From Dehalococcoidales bacterium (GTDB lineage: Bacteria > Chloroflexota > Dehalococcoidia > Dehalococcoidales > UBA5627): a stretch of 64,000 nucleotides of DNA. Of this stretch, positions 36,481 through 44,814 are shown in pieces (within the stretch, counting starts at the first letter, position 1; each line of letters starts with the position of its first letter). The DNA lies in assembly GCA_034429935.1 (NCBI GenBank), contig DAOUFJ010000018.1:19862-83861 (forward strand), given 5' to 3'. Made by a program: the position numbers and the translations under genes. The notes beneath the pieces were generated by a model. The model saw only the letters and a list, made by a program, of their open reading frames with translations, was not told the origin of the DNA and did not search any database.

Positions 36481-37686
36481 ATGAATATTAAAATTAAAGC
36501 AGAAAATCTTGTAAAAATTTATGGCGATAAAACCGATAAAGCTCTTGAGCTTTTTAATCAGGGGCTTTCGCGGGCTGAAATCCAAAAAGAAACAGGCCTT
36601 ACAGTAGGTGTAGCCGGAGTCAATTTCGAGATTACCGAAGGGGAAATCTTCGTCGTTATCGGTCTTTCCGGCAGTGGTAAGTCTACCCTGTTACGCTGTA
36701 TCAACGGGCTGCTTATGCCCACCAGCGGTTCACTTTTAGTGGATGGTAAGGCTGTAGAAAAGTTAAATGATAAGGAATTACGCAAACTCCGCGGTGAAAA
36801 GATCAGTATGGTATTTCAGCATTTTGCTTTGCTGCCTAACCGTTCTATTGTCGATAATGTCGCTTTCGGGCTTGAACTGAGAGGTGCTCCGCTGGAAGAA
36901 AGGAGAGAAAAAGCACGGGAAGCGCTGATTAAAGTAGGGCTGGAGGAATGGAACGACAAATTTCCCAATGAACTCAGCGGCGGGATGAAACAGAGGGTGG
37001 GGTTGGCACGTGCCCTGGTTATGGATTCGGATATTATGCTGATGGATGAACCCTTCAGCGCGCTCGATGCACTGATACGCGCGGAAATGCAGGAGGAGTT
37101 GATAACCCTGCAGCGTGAAATTAAAAAGACGGTGGTTTTTGTGACCCATGACCTCGATGAAGCGCTGCGTCTCGGCGATAGGATTGCTATCATGCGTGAC
37201 GGCGCTATCGAACAAATCGGCACTGCCGATGAAATCCTTTCGAATCCGGCAAACGAATATGTCGAGAAATTCCTGCAGGGCATCGATGTGTCCAAGATAC
37301 TGGATGCCAACAGTATTTCAAAGTGGCCGAGGGAAGTCATCCGGGAAACGGAGGGAGTATCCGTTGCATTGCATCGTATGAAAAAGGTGGATACGGATTA
37401 TCTTTTTGTGTTGGGTGCCAGGAATAAACTGGTTGGAATGATACTGCAAGAAGACGTTTTAAGACTGGCTAAGGATAAACAGACAAGTATCAAAGATATT
37501 ATAAAAGAAACGAGTACCGTCCAGTCCGGCACAATTATGAGAGACGTATATCCCGAACTGCGTAATGCCGAGAAAGACCTGGCGGTTGTCGATGATAGCG
37601 GACGTTTCCTGGGAGTGATAACCCACAGTATCCTGCTGATGACACTGGATGAGAGGAAAGGAGGTGACGGGGTTGCCAAATCTTGA
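36481..37686 (+). CDS. opuAA: Glycine betaine/proline betaine ABC transporter ATPase with tandem CBS domains
   Basis: Walker A GLSGSGKST, signature LSGGMKQRVGLARAL, Walker B IMLMDEPFSALD, C-terminal CBS pair. The track ORF starts at 36445; I prefer ATG 36481 (MNIKIKAENLVKIYG). Confidence 0.9.
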   Translation: MNIKIKAENLVKIYGDKTDKALELFNQGLSRAEIQKETGLTVGVAGVNFEITEGEIFVVIGLSGSGKSTLLRCINGLLMPTSGSLLVDGKAVEKLNDKELRKLRGEKISMVFQHFALLPNRSIVDNVAFGLELRGAPLEERREKAREALIKVGLEEWNDKFPNELSGGMKQRVGLARALVMDSDIMLMDEPFSALDALIRAEMQEELITLQREIKKTVVFVTHDLDEALRLGDRIAIMRDGAIEQIGTADEILSNPANEYVEKFLQGIDVSKILDANSISKWPREVIRETEGVSVALHRMKKVDTDYLFVLGARNKLVGMILQEDVLRLAKDKQTSIKDIIKETSTVQSGTIMRDVYPELRNAEKDLAVVDDSGRFLGVITHSILLMTLDERKGGDGVAKS

Positions 37687-38584
37687 AATACCCAAACTGC
37701 CTATAGGCGATGCCATCGAATGGTTTGTCAGGTGGTTGATTGATAATCTTTCGGTGATATTCGATTTCATCAGCGATGTTCTGAAGGCGGTAACAGGGGC
37801 ATTCGGCGATGCATTGTTGGCGATTCCCATTTTAATTTTCATAGTTATCACCGGTTTATTGATATGGTTAGTGACAAGTAAAACCACGGCTGTTTTAAGC
37901 GCTATCGGATTAGCTCTGATATGGAATATCGGTTTATGGCCAGAACTTATAGATACATTCGTTCTTGTCGTTATAGCTGTTGCGATTGCCATTGTAATCG
38001 GTATTCCTACCGGTATCTTGATGACCCGCAGTAAAAAATTCGAAGCAATAATGAGGCCGATTCTGGACTTTATGCAGACAATGCCTCCTTTTGTTTATCT
38101 TATTCCGGCAATACTGCTCTTCGGCACAGGGGTTGTGCCGGCGCTTTTCGCTACTATTATCTTTGCTGCTCCTCCTCCTATACGTCTTACATATCTTGGT
38201 ATTACCCAGGTTCCGTTTGAAATGAAGGAGATGGCTGTAGCTTTCGGAGCGAATGACCGGCAAGTTCTCACCAAAGTCGAGTTGCCGCTTTCTCTTCCCA
38301 GTATAATGGCGGGAGTGAATCAGTGCATTATGCTTGGTATATCGATGGTGGTTATTGCCTCGATGATTGGGTTTGGCGGTCTTGGTTCTGTAGTAGTACG
38401 GGCGCTTAATATGGTTAACTTGTCTCTCGGTTTTGAAAGCGGTTTGGCTATAGTTATACTGGCAATGATTTTGGATAGGGTTAGCCGGAATATCGGTTCC
38501 GGTAAGGAAATTCCTGCCGGCAGAATAACCAGGTATTTAAGAGTGCGACATGAAAAAAGGTCGCTTGATAAACAAAAAACATGA
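37673..38584 (+). CDS. opuAB: Glycine betaine ABC transporter permease
   Basis: BPD_transp_1 permease of ProW/OpuAB type (PIGDAIEWFVRWL..., EMKEMAVAFGANDRQVLTKVELP). The start is uncertain: TTG 37673, 7 nt after GGAGG, is preferred over the track start at 37649. Confidence 0.85.
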   Translation: MPNLEIPKLPIGDAIEWFVRWLIDNLSVIFDFISDVLKAVTGAFGDALLAIPILIFIVITGLLIWLVTSKTTAVLSAIGLALIWNIGLWPELIDTFVLVVIAVAIAIVIGIPTGILMTRSKKFEAIMRPILDFMQTMPPFVYLIPAILLFGTGVVPALFATIIFAAPPPIRLTYLGITQVPFEMKEMAVAFGANDRQVLTKVELPLSLPSIMAGVNQCIMLGISMVVIASMIGFGGLGSVVVRALNMVNLSLGFESGLAIVILAMILDRVSRNIGSGKEIPAGRITRYLRVRHEKRSLDKQKT

Positions 38585-38654
38585 GAAAGGGGGTGGTGCT
38601 TAATAGCACAATTGCCATACAGGCAACAAATACTATTAAACATGGAGGATATAA

Positions 38655-39521
38655 ATGTTAAAGAAAATTCATTATTTTATTTTAGCAATGATAATGATGG
38701 TTGTCATGCTTGCCGGTTCGGCAAGCGGTTGTGCCACGGAAGATAAAACTATTAAGCTTGTCTATGTTCAGTGGTCTTGTGCCGAAGCCGAGACGCATCT
38801 GGCTGAAGTTATACTGAAAGATATGGGCTACGAAGTGGAGAAAAGCATGGTCGGGGCAGGTGTTATGTGGGCTGCTGTAGCCGATGGTGATGAGGATGCT
38901 TTTACTACTGCATGGTTGCCATATACCCATCAATCTTATTGGGAAGAGTATGGCGACGATGTCGTTAAGCTTGGCACTCTTTACGAAGGAGCCAAGATAG
39001 GGCTTGTTGTCCCCAGTTATGTGACCATCAATTCCATAGCTGAAATGAAAGATTATGAAGAAGAATTCGATGGCCGTATTGTAGGTATCGATTCAGGTGC
39101 AGGTATTATGCAAGCTACACTTGAACAAGCTATGCCTGACTATGGTTTGGAAGATTGGGATCTTGTCGAATCCAGTGAAGCTGCAATGATGGCAGAACTT
39201 GAAAGAGCTATCCATGCAGGTGAATGGATTGCTATAACCGGATGGGCTCCGCATTGGATGTTCTTCAATTATGATCTTAAATTCCTTGAAGATCCCGAAG
39301 AAAGTTATGGCGGGAGTGAACAGATCGTTATTATAGGCAGAGAGGGTTTCGAGGAGGATTTTCCCGATGCGGCGGAATTCTTCGCAAACTTCAAGCTTAC
39401 CAGTGCTCAGCTCGGCGAAGTAATGTACATGATAAATGTCGATAAAATGGACCCGTCCGAAGCGGCTCAGAAGTGGATAGATGATAATCCGGATGTCGTT
39501 GCTACCTGGAGAACCGTATAA
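38655..39521 (+). CDS. opuAC: Glycine betaine-binding lipoprotein
   Basis: 288 aa. Signal peptide with lipobox LAGSASGC. OpuAC/ProX-type fold motifs (WSCAEAETH..., TTAWLPYTH). Confidence 0.85.
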   Translation: MLKKIHYFILAMIMMVVMLAGSASGCATEDKTIKLVYVQWSCAEAETHLAEVILKDMGYEVEKSMVGAGVMWAAVADGDEDAFTTAWLPYTHQSYWEEYGDDVVKLGTLYEGAKIGLVVPSYVTINSIAEMKDYEEEFDGRIVGIDSGAGIMQATLEQAMPDYGLEDWDLVESSEAAMMAELERAIHAGEWIAITGWAPHWMFFNYDLKFLEDPEESYGGSEQIVIIGREGFEEDFPDAAEFFANFKLTSAQLGEVMYMINVDKMDPSEAAQKWIDDNPDVVATWRTV

Positions 39522-39548
39522 CCATATAGCTTACAACGAATAATTTGA

Positions 39549-39589
39549 AAGAGGGGGGCACATCACTTCGGGTTGCCCCCTCTTTTTGT
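39549..39589 (+). terminator. Rho-independent terminator after opuAC (possibly bidirectional)
   Basis: Stem AGAGGGGGGCA, a 13-nt loop, stem TGCCCCCTCT (about 39550-39582), followed by TTTTTG. Sits between the convergent opuAC and the small-subunit gene. Confidence 0.7.
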
Positions 39590-39597
39590 TGCCGTTA

Positions 39598-40125
39598 TTA
39601 TCTGGTTTTATGTTGCCTGATATTTGTCATCAATGCCAGTAATCCCTTCATGATTTCCAGCGGGGTGGGGGGATTGCCGGGGATTTTAATATCCACCGGC
39701 AGTATCTTATCTGCGCCGCCGAGCACGGCATAACTGTCTCTCAGGATTCCGCCGTTGCAGGCATCATCGCCGACGGCAATCACGAAGCCGGGCTGCGGCA
39801 TCGCCTCGAAGGTCTTTTTAACAGCCAGAGCCATGTTATGAGTCACGGCTCCGGTAATCACGATAATATCGGCGTGTCTCGGCGACGCTACGAAGGATAT
39901 CCCGTAGCGTTCGATATCATAATACGGGGTGGATAAATTATTCAGTTCTATTTCGGCGGCGTTATCGCTACCCGAATCCAGCTCGCGTATGGCCAGGCTC
40001 CTGCCGAAAACGGAATCGATATTTTGCTTAAGCTCCATCCCCAGCTTCTGGAACTCTGTCTGCTCGGGTTTGAGGTCAGAAGCCAGTTTGTGTCCGAAGA
40101 AATTATGCAGCATTTCAGTTATCAT
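39598..40125 (-). CDS. NuoB/HycG-like 'small subunit' lacking three of the four [4Fe-4S] Cys ligands
   Basis: Start moved to ATG 40125, with GAGGA 6 nt upstream (the track ORF extends to 40245 inside the upstream gene). Conserved SPRHADIIVITGAVT. GSCNGCE is replaced by GSDNAAE (39955-39975) and PGCPP by PGNPP. Only GDDACNGG keeps a Cys. Confidence 0.8.
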   Translation of the reverse strand: MITEMLHNFFGHKLASDLKPEQTEFQKLGMELKQNIDSVFGRSLAIRELDSGSDNAAEIELNNLSTPYYDIERYGISFVASPRHADIIVITGAVTHNMALAVKKTFEAMPQPGFVIAVGDDACNGGILRDSYAVLGGADKILPVDIKIPGNPPTPLEIMKGLLALMTNIRQHKTR

Positions 40126-40139
40126 ATAATCCTCATAAG

Positions 40140-41699
40140 CTATAAGTCGTTCCCGGCATAGGACAGATTCATGCTCTTGTTGATGACAGGGAAATCGGGG
40201 ACAATATTTCCCGGTACGGCATGTTCGATTGCCCACCAGTTGCAAAAGGAAGCCGTGCGAATCTTGTAGCGCTCGATAACTCCGTTTTTCACATATACCC
40301 AGTGCAGGTTTTGTCCCCTGGGTGCTTCCAGCATTGCCAGTGCATAGCCGTCCTTATTCGGACAGTCAGTGCATACTATACCTTCCTGCATCCTGTCTAT
40401 CACGGCTCCGATTATTTCGAGCGAACCGTATATTTCTTCAGTCTTGATGCGGAAACGCGCCAGAACGTCGCCCTCGTGTTTTACGGGTACTGAGAACTTC
40501 AATTTACTGTATATCCCATAGGGATGGTCATGACGCGTATCTATATTCGCTCCCGATGCGCGGGCGATCGGCCCCGTCAGATTCAGCGGTGCGATAAGTT
40601 CGTTTTTTACAATTCCCGTAGTCTCGAAACGGTCTATGACCCAGGAAGAGTTATCGGCTATTTTTACTGCTTCGGCAAGCCTCTTTTTGAAATCGTTCAT
40701 ATATTCTTTCAGTGCTTTCAGTTTGCCGGTCGAAATATCCTGTTTCAAGCCACCCGGTACGATAATCCCTTTTAAAAAGCGTGAGCCTGTAAGCGTGGCG
40801 TTGTAACGCAGTATTTCCTCCCTGAGGATGAATAGGGGACTGGCACCCATGGGGAAAGCGACGTCTACCTGCATTCCCGCCAGGTCTCCCAGGTGAGAAT
40901 AGATGCGCTCCATTTCTAAAAGAACCGTGCGTATCTGCCATGCCCGTTTGGGGATAATGCATTCACTTATCTGTTCGATAGCCATGGCATAGGCGGTGGC
41001 GTTGGCAGCGCTTTCGTCTCCGCTGATGCTTTCAGCTATGGCCACACAATCTGCGGTTTTTTTATTCTCGGCCAGTTTTTCCAGTCCGCGGTGCTTGTAG
41101 AAGTGGCGGATTTCCAGGTTGAAAATGGTTTCCCCCATCACTCCGAAGCGGAAGTGTCCCGGCTCGATAATTCCGGCATGCACCGGCCCGACCGGTATCT
41201 GGTAAACACCTTCTCCATCCACTGCTTTAAATATATATTCCGTACCTTTTTGTTTTTCCGGCCTCAGGTCGAGATGCCTGTTCTTGAACGATTTCAGAAG
41301 TGGGTGAAAGTCATCGGGATAGGCTTCATGCAGTAACAACCGGCGCCTGTCGAAAGCTCCTGCGAACTCGATGCCGAAACCGTCCCTTATCTCGCGTTCG
41401 AAGTAACAGGCGATTGGGAAGATACGGGCAACCGAAACGGCCTGCCTGTCTTTTAACGACAGGTTGAAAGCCAGCAGCTTTGCCGAGTGTTTTTTCTCGA
41501 AGATGTACATCAGGCTGAACCCGCGTTTCCCGAAATCCTCGGCAGCGAACAGGCTTATAAGAATCAGTCCCTTGTTCTTCAAAAAATCGATAATTTCCAT
41601 AAACGAATCGGCACAATCATCTACATAAAAGACGTTTTCTGAATCTTTTAATCTTTTTATATTGAAATGTTTTTCTAAATCTTTTACTAAAGTTTCCAT
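40140..41699 (-). CDS. Fused NuoC-NuoD/HycE-like 'large subunit' lacking all four NiFe-binding Cys
   Basis: 519 aa. NuoC-like N-terminus and NuoD/HycE-like body (GPVHAGIIEPGHFRF, ELERIxSHL-like LEMERIYSHLGDL). The L1 motif position reads ESISGDESAAN (41001-41033). The C-terminal L2 position reads NLSYAGNDL* (40143-40169). Confidence 0.85.
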   Translation of the reverse strand: METLVKDLEKHFNIKRLKDSENVFYVDDCADSFMEIIDFLKNKGLILISLFAAEDFGKRGFSLMYIFEKKHSAKLLAFNLSLKDRQAVSVARIFPIACYFEREIRDGFGIEFAGAFDRRRLLLHEAYPDDFHPLLKSFKNRHLDLRPEKQKGTEYIFKAVDGEGVYQIPVGPVHAGIIEPGHFRFGVMGETIFNLEIRHFYKHRGLEKLAENKKTADCVAIAESISGDESAANATAYAMAIEQISECIIPKRAWQIRTVLLEMERIYSHLGDLAGMQVDVAFPMGASPLFILREEILRYNATLTGSRFLKGIIVPGGLKQDISTGKLKALKEYMNDFKKRLAEAVKIADNSSWVIDRFETTGIVKNELIAPLNLTGPIARASGANIDTRHDHPYGIYSKLKFSVPVKHEGDVLARFRIKTEEIYGSLEIIGAVIDRMQEGIVCTDCPNKDGYALAMLEAPRGQNLHWVYVKNGVIERYKIRTASFCNWWAIEHAVPGNIVPDFPVINKSMNLSYAGNDL

Positions 41700-41713
41700 A
41701 GTATTATCTTAAA

Positions 41714-43189
41714 TCATAATCCGAGATTGACGACTATTTCCCCGAGTGTGCTGTCCAGCCAGGAAGGCATGTATACTCCCAGTACGATTATAACTCCCAG
41801 TGCCAGCAGGATGGACACTTTCATATTTACGGGGGTAACAAAAGGCTGTATCTCCTCATCAGTTTTCTGGCTGAACGTTTTTACCAGAAAAACGGCAAAT
41901 CCGGTTGCTACGAGTAAAATGCAGACCAGCAGTATGATAAATGCCGGAATCGATTCTGAAACGAGAACGCTGAGTACGTTCCACTTGGCTAAAAAGACGG
42001 GGAATAACGGAACACCTATAGCGGCGGCGCTTCCCAGTATAAAACCCCAGCTGGCCAGCGGTTGCAGATTGAAGGCATTTTTAACCGTAAAGTATTTATT
42101 GCTGTGATACTGGCGGTGGAAAATACCGGCACAGAAAAACAGCAGGGATTTTATGAACGAATATGCCATCTGGTGGAAAAGCCCCCAGAACAGGGCAACC
42201 GGAGACCCCAATCCTATCGCTAAAATCAAGAATCCCATGTTTTCGACGCCTGAAAACGCCAGCAGCTTCTTCGTATTCGTTCTGGAAAGGATGCTGAAGG
42301 CGGCGATTATGATGCTGAGCAGCCCGAAAACCAGAAGAAATGTTTGCAGAAAATCCCCGGCACCTGTTTTATGGCCGATGGCGTAAAGCCGGAGTATGGC
42401 ATAGATACCCATGTTCAATACCGTCCCGGAAACGACAGCCACCACCGAAGGCGCACGGACATAGGCCGTCGGTACCCACGTGTGGAAGGGGGCGATGCCG
42501 GCTTTGGCGGCAAAGCCGATGAACAAAAAGATAAAGGCAAAGTTGAACAGCGTGGGGTCTAACGAGGCGGCGGCATTCATCAGTGTCGTCCAGTTGAGGC
42601 TGCCGCCTTCTATGGTTCCCTGGCTCATCGTAAAAAGAATTATGATTCCGATAAACCCGAAAAGCATGGCCGTCGATGCGATAAAGATATACTTCAGGGC
42701 GGCAATGATATTTTCCCTGGCGTTCAGCGTTACTATGAGTACGGCCGTCAGGATGGTGCTCAGTTCGAGGAATATCCAGAGCAGGGCGATGTTGTTGGCG
42801 GACAGTCCCAGGACTATCAGCATCTCCAGCAGGCAGAAGGCCCCGTAAAAAAACTTGTGAACGGAAGTGTCCAGGTCACCGGTTTTTAAAAGGCTGGAGA
42901 CATAACCGCGCGCATATATGGAAGCGAGCAGAAATACGGCCGAAGTAATCAGTATCTCGTACATGGAAAGACGGTCGATGTAGAAGTATTCGTTTTCCAG
43001 GAAATAGACCGGCAGTTCTACCCAGCCGGCCAGCCAGATGCTTATGCCGATGTAGATAAACGCCTGTATGATAACCAGGTTGTTCAGAAAAAAGTTATCC
43101 GGACTCGCAGCGCGTTTGCCGACAATCAGCAGCAGGCAGATTATTATAAACGAAGGAATCGCATATAGAGCTAGAATGCAGTTTTCCAT
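41714..43189 (-). CDS. NuoM/N/HyfF-like antiporter-type membrane subunit
   Basis: 491 aa, about 14 TM. Proton-antiporter family motif region FIGFAAKAGIAPFHTWVPTAYVRAPSVVAVVSGTVLNMGIYA. Confidence 0.85.
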   Translation of the reverse strand: MENCILALYAIPSFIIICLLLIVGKRAASPDNFFLNNLVIIQAFIYIGISIWLAGWVELPVYFLENEYFYIDRLSMYEILITSAVFLLASIYARGYVSSLLKTGDLDTSVHKFFYGAFCLLEMLIVLGLSANNIALLWIFLELSTILTAVLIVTLNARENIIAALKYIFIASTAMLFGFIGIIILFTMSQGTIEGGSLNWTTLMNAAASLDPTLFNFAFIFLFIGFAAKAGIAPFHTWVPTAYVRAPSVVAVVSGTVLNMGIYAILRLYAIGHKTGAGDFLQTFLLVFGLLSIIIAAFSILSRTNTKKLLAFSGVENMGFLILAIGLGSPVALFWGLFHQMAYSFIKSLLFFCAGIFHRQYHSNKYFTVKNAFNLQPLASWGFILGSAAAIGVPLFPVFLAKWNVLSVLVSESIPAFIILLVCILLVATGFAVFLVKTFSQKTDEEIQPFVTPVNMKVSILLALGVIIVLGVYMPSWLDSTLGEIVVNLGL

Positions 43190-43867
43190 CTAATCCTCGA
43201 ATTTCAACCCGAATTTCACCAGCCTGCGGTGGAAGGATTCGATGCTCGAATCGATACCGAAAGCCATGACCGTAGATATAAGTATCAATATCAAGAGGTC
43301 GATAACTATCAGAACTTCTATGATAAAAGGCATCTCTGCCATAAACAGGCTGAAGAGCAATACACCGTTTTCCATGGTCAGGTATCCGATAATCTTCGTA
43401 ATAACCTTCTTGCGGCTGAATATGGCCGTCATCCCCATGAGTACCAGCGAAACCCCGATAACCCCTCCCAGCAGGAAAAGCCGGTCTTCGAAAAGAGAAC
43501 TGGCAAACCTGGTAAAGAAGAAGTAGACGATAAATATCAGTACGGCGCTGATTATAATAGAGCTGACCGGGGACAGGTAATAGAACTGGATATCCCTTTT
43601 TACCGGCATATTTTTCAATATTTTATTCAGCAGGAACGGGATAAGCACTACTTTGACGGCTATCGTTAACAGTGCTATCCACAGCAGGTTCAGTGTGCCG
43701 TGTCCGATAAAAAGGACGATAGCCATGACTGCCAGTATCAGCGATTGGACGGCATAGATATTGAAAAGGGAAACAAGCGATCGCTGGGTCATAATCAGAG
43801 CTGCCGTTCCCAGAATAAGAACGAATAATGCCTGGATGATATCGTTTAAAGCAATCATATTTATCAT
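43190..43867 (-). CDS. HyfE-like small membrane subunit
   Basis: 225 aa, about 7 TM. Position and size match HyfE/EhrC-type subunits. Overlaps the upstream gene by 4 nt. Confidence 0.65.
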   Translation of the reverse strand: MINMIALNDIIQALFVLILGTAALIMTQRSLVSLFNIYAVQSLILAVMAIVLFIGHGTLNLLWIALLTIAVKVVLIPFLLNKILKNMPVKRDIQFYYLSPVSSIIISAVLIFIVYFFFTRFASSLFEDRLFLLGGVIGVSLVLMGMTAIFSRKKVITKIIGYLTMENGVLLFSLFMAEMPFIIEVLIVIDLLILILISTVMAFGIDSSIESFHRRLVKFGLKFED

Positions 43868-44814
43868 GACAGTAACTCAAATACTATAGTAACGAAGGAT
43901 AAAAATAAGGCCATCATAAAGAAATCCGGCAGTCGGAAGAAGCGTATCTTGGCAAAGAAGGATTCGAATATGCCGACTGCTATTGCCAGTATGATGGCTT
44001 TAAGCATGAAAGAGCCTATCGATATGAGAATTCCCGTGAGCGTCATTTCGGTTGCCAGTCCCCATGGGAAAAGGATGTTGATAAGCAGCGCCATCAATAT
44101 TAACTGCTTGACGCCGTAAGATAATTCCATCAAAGCCAGCTTCGGCCCCGTTTGTTCCAGTATCATGGTTTCGTGAATCATGGTAAGCTCGAGATGGGTT
44201 TCCGGGTTGTCTACCGGAATCCTTGCAGTTTCCACGATGAGGATAATGAACAGGGAACAGGCGACCATGAAGAGCGTCGGATATTGCAGGACGGAGCCGC
44301 CGAGCACTGTCCCGAACATCTCCGGGATACTGGTGGTCTTCAAGATAAAAGCCATGGCGGCGCATGCCATCAGCGTAGTCGGTTCTATAATCGAGGCAAT
44401 CGTCATCTCACGCGAACTGCCCATGCCGCCGAAGGTGCTGCCGGCATCCAGCCCTGAAAGCGCCATAAAGAAGCGGGCGCATACCATCAGGTAAAGGAAC
44501 AGGATGATATTGCCGAAGCCGCTTTCAGGCAGCGGAATAAAAACAACCGGAACGAATATAGATGCAGCCAGCAAAAAGGAGATATTCAGATAGGGGCTGA
44601 TGCGCATTATAAAAGAGGAATTGTCGGAATATACAATCTCTTTTTTGCAGAGTTTATAAAGCTGCAGGTAGCTCTGGAATAACGGTGTTCCGATGCGTCC
44701 CTGGCACATTGCCTTCACCTTCTTTATCAGGCTGACGAGCAGCGGCGCAAATAAAAACACGAAAACCGTGTTCAGGATGGTATACAGTATTATATTCCAG
44801 TTCATAGCCACCAC
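43864..44814 (-). CDS. NuoH/HycD/HyfC-like membrane subunit
   Basis: 316 aa, about 8 TM. ETARIPVDNPETHLELTMIHE matches the NuoH/HycD conserved acidic loop. Confidence 0.8.
   Translation of the reverse strand: MVAMNWNIILYTILNTVFVFLFAPLLVSLIKKVKAMCQGRIGTPLFQSYLQLYKLCKKEIVYSDNSSFIMRISPYLNISFLLAASIFVPVVFIPLPESGFGNIILFLYLMVCARFFMALSGLDAGSTFGGMGSSREMTIASIIEPTTLMACAAMAFILKTTSIPEMFGTVLGGSVLQYPTLFMVACSLFIILIVETARIPVDNPETHLELTMIHETMILEQTGPKLALMELSYGVKQLILMALLINILFPWGLATEMTLTGILISIGSFMLKAIILAIAVGIFESFFAKIRFFRLPDFFMMALFLSFVTIVFELLS

Noticed and set aside
36778-37992. Several 93-177-aa minus-strand ORFs across opuAA/opuAB
   Set aside because: They are antisense to well-supported ABC ATPase and permease genes, with no motifs or RBS.
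40140-41699. Annotation as a functional [NiFe]-hydrogenase large subunit (HycE/EchE)
   Set aside because: All four Ni-Fe-ligating Cys positions are substituted (ESISGDESAAN; NLSYAGNDL*), so a hydrogenase call is not supportable. It is called an Ehr-like/NuoCD-like subunit instead.
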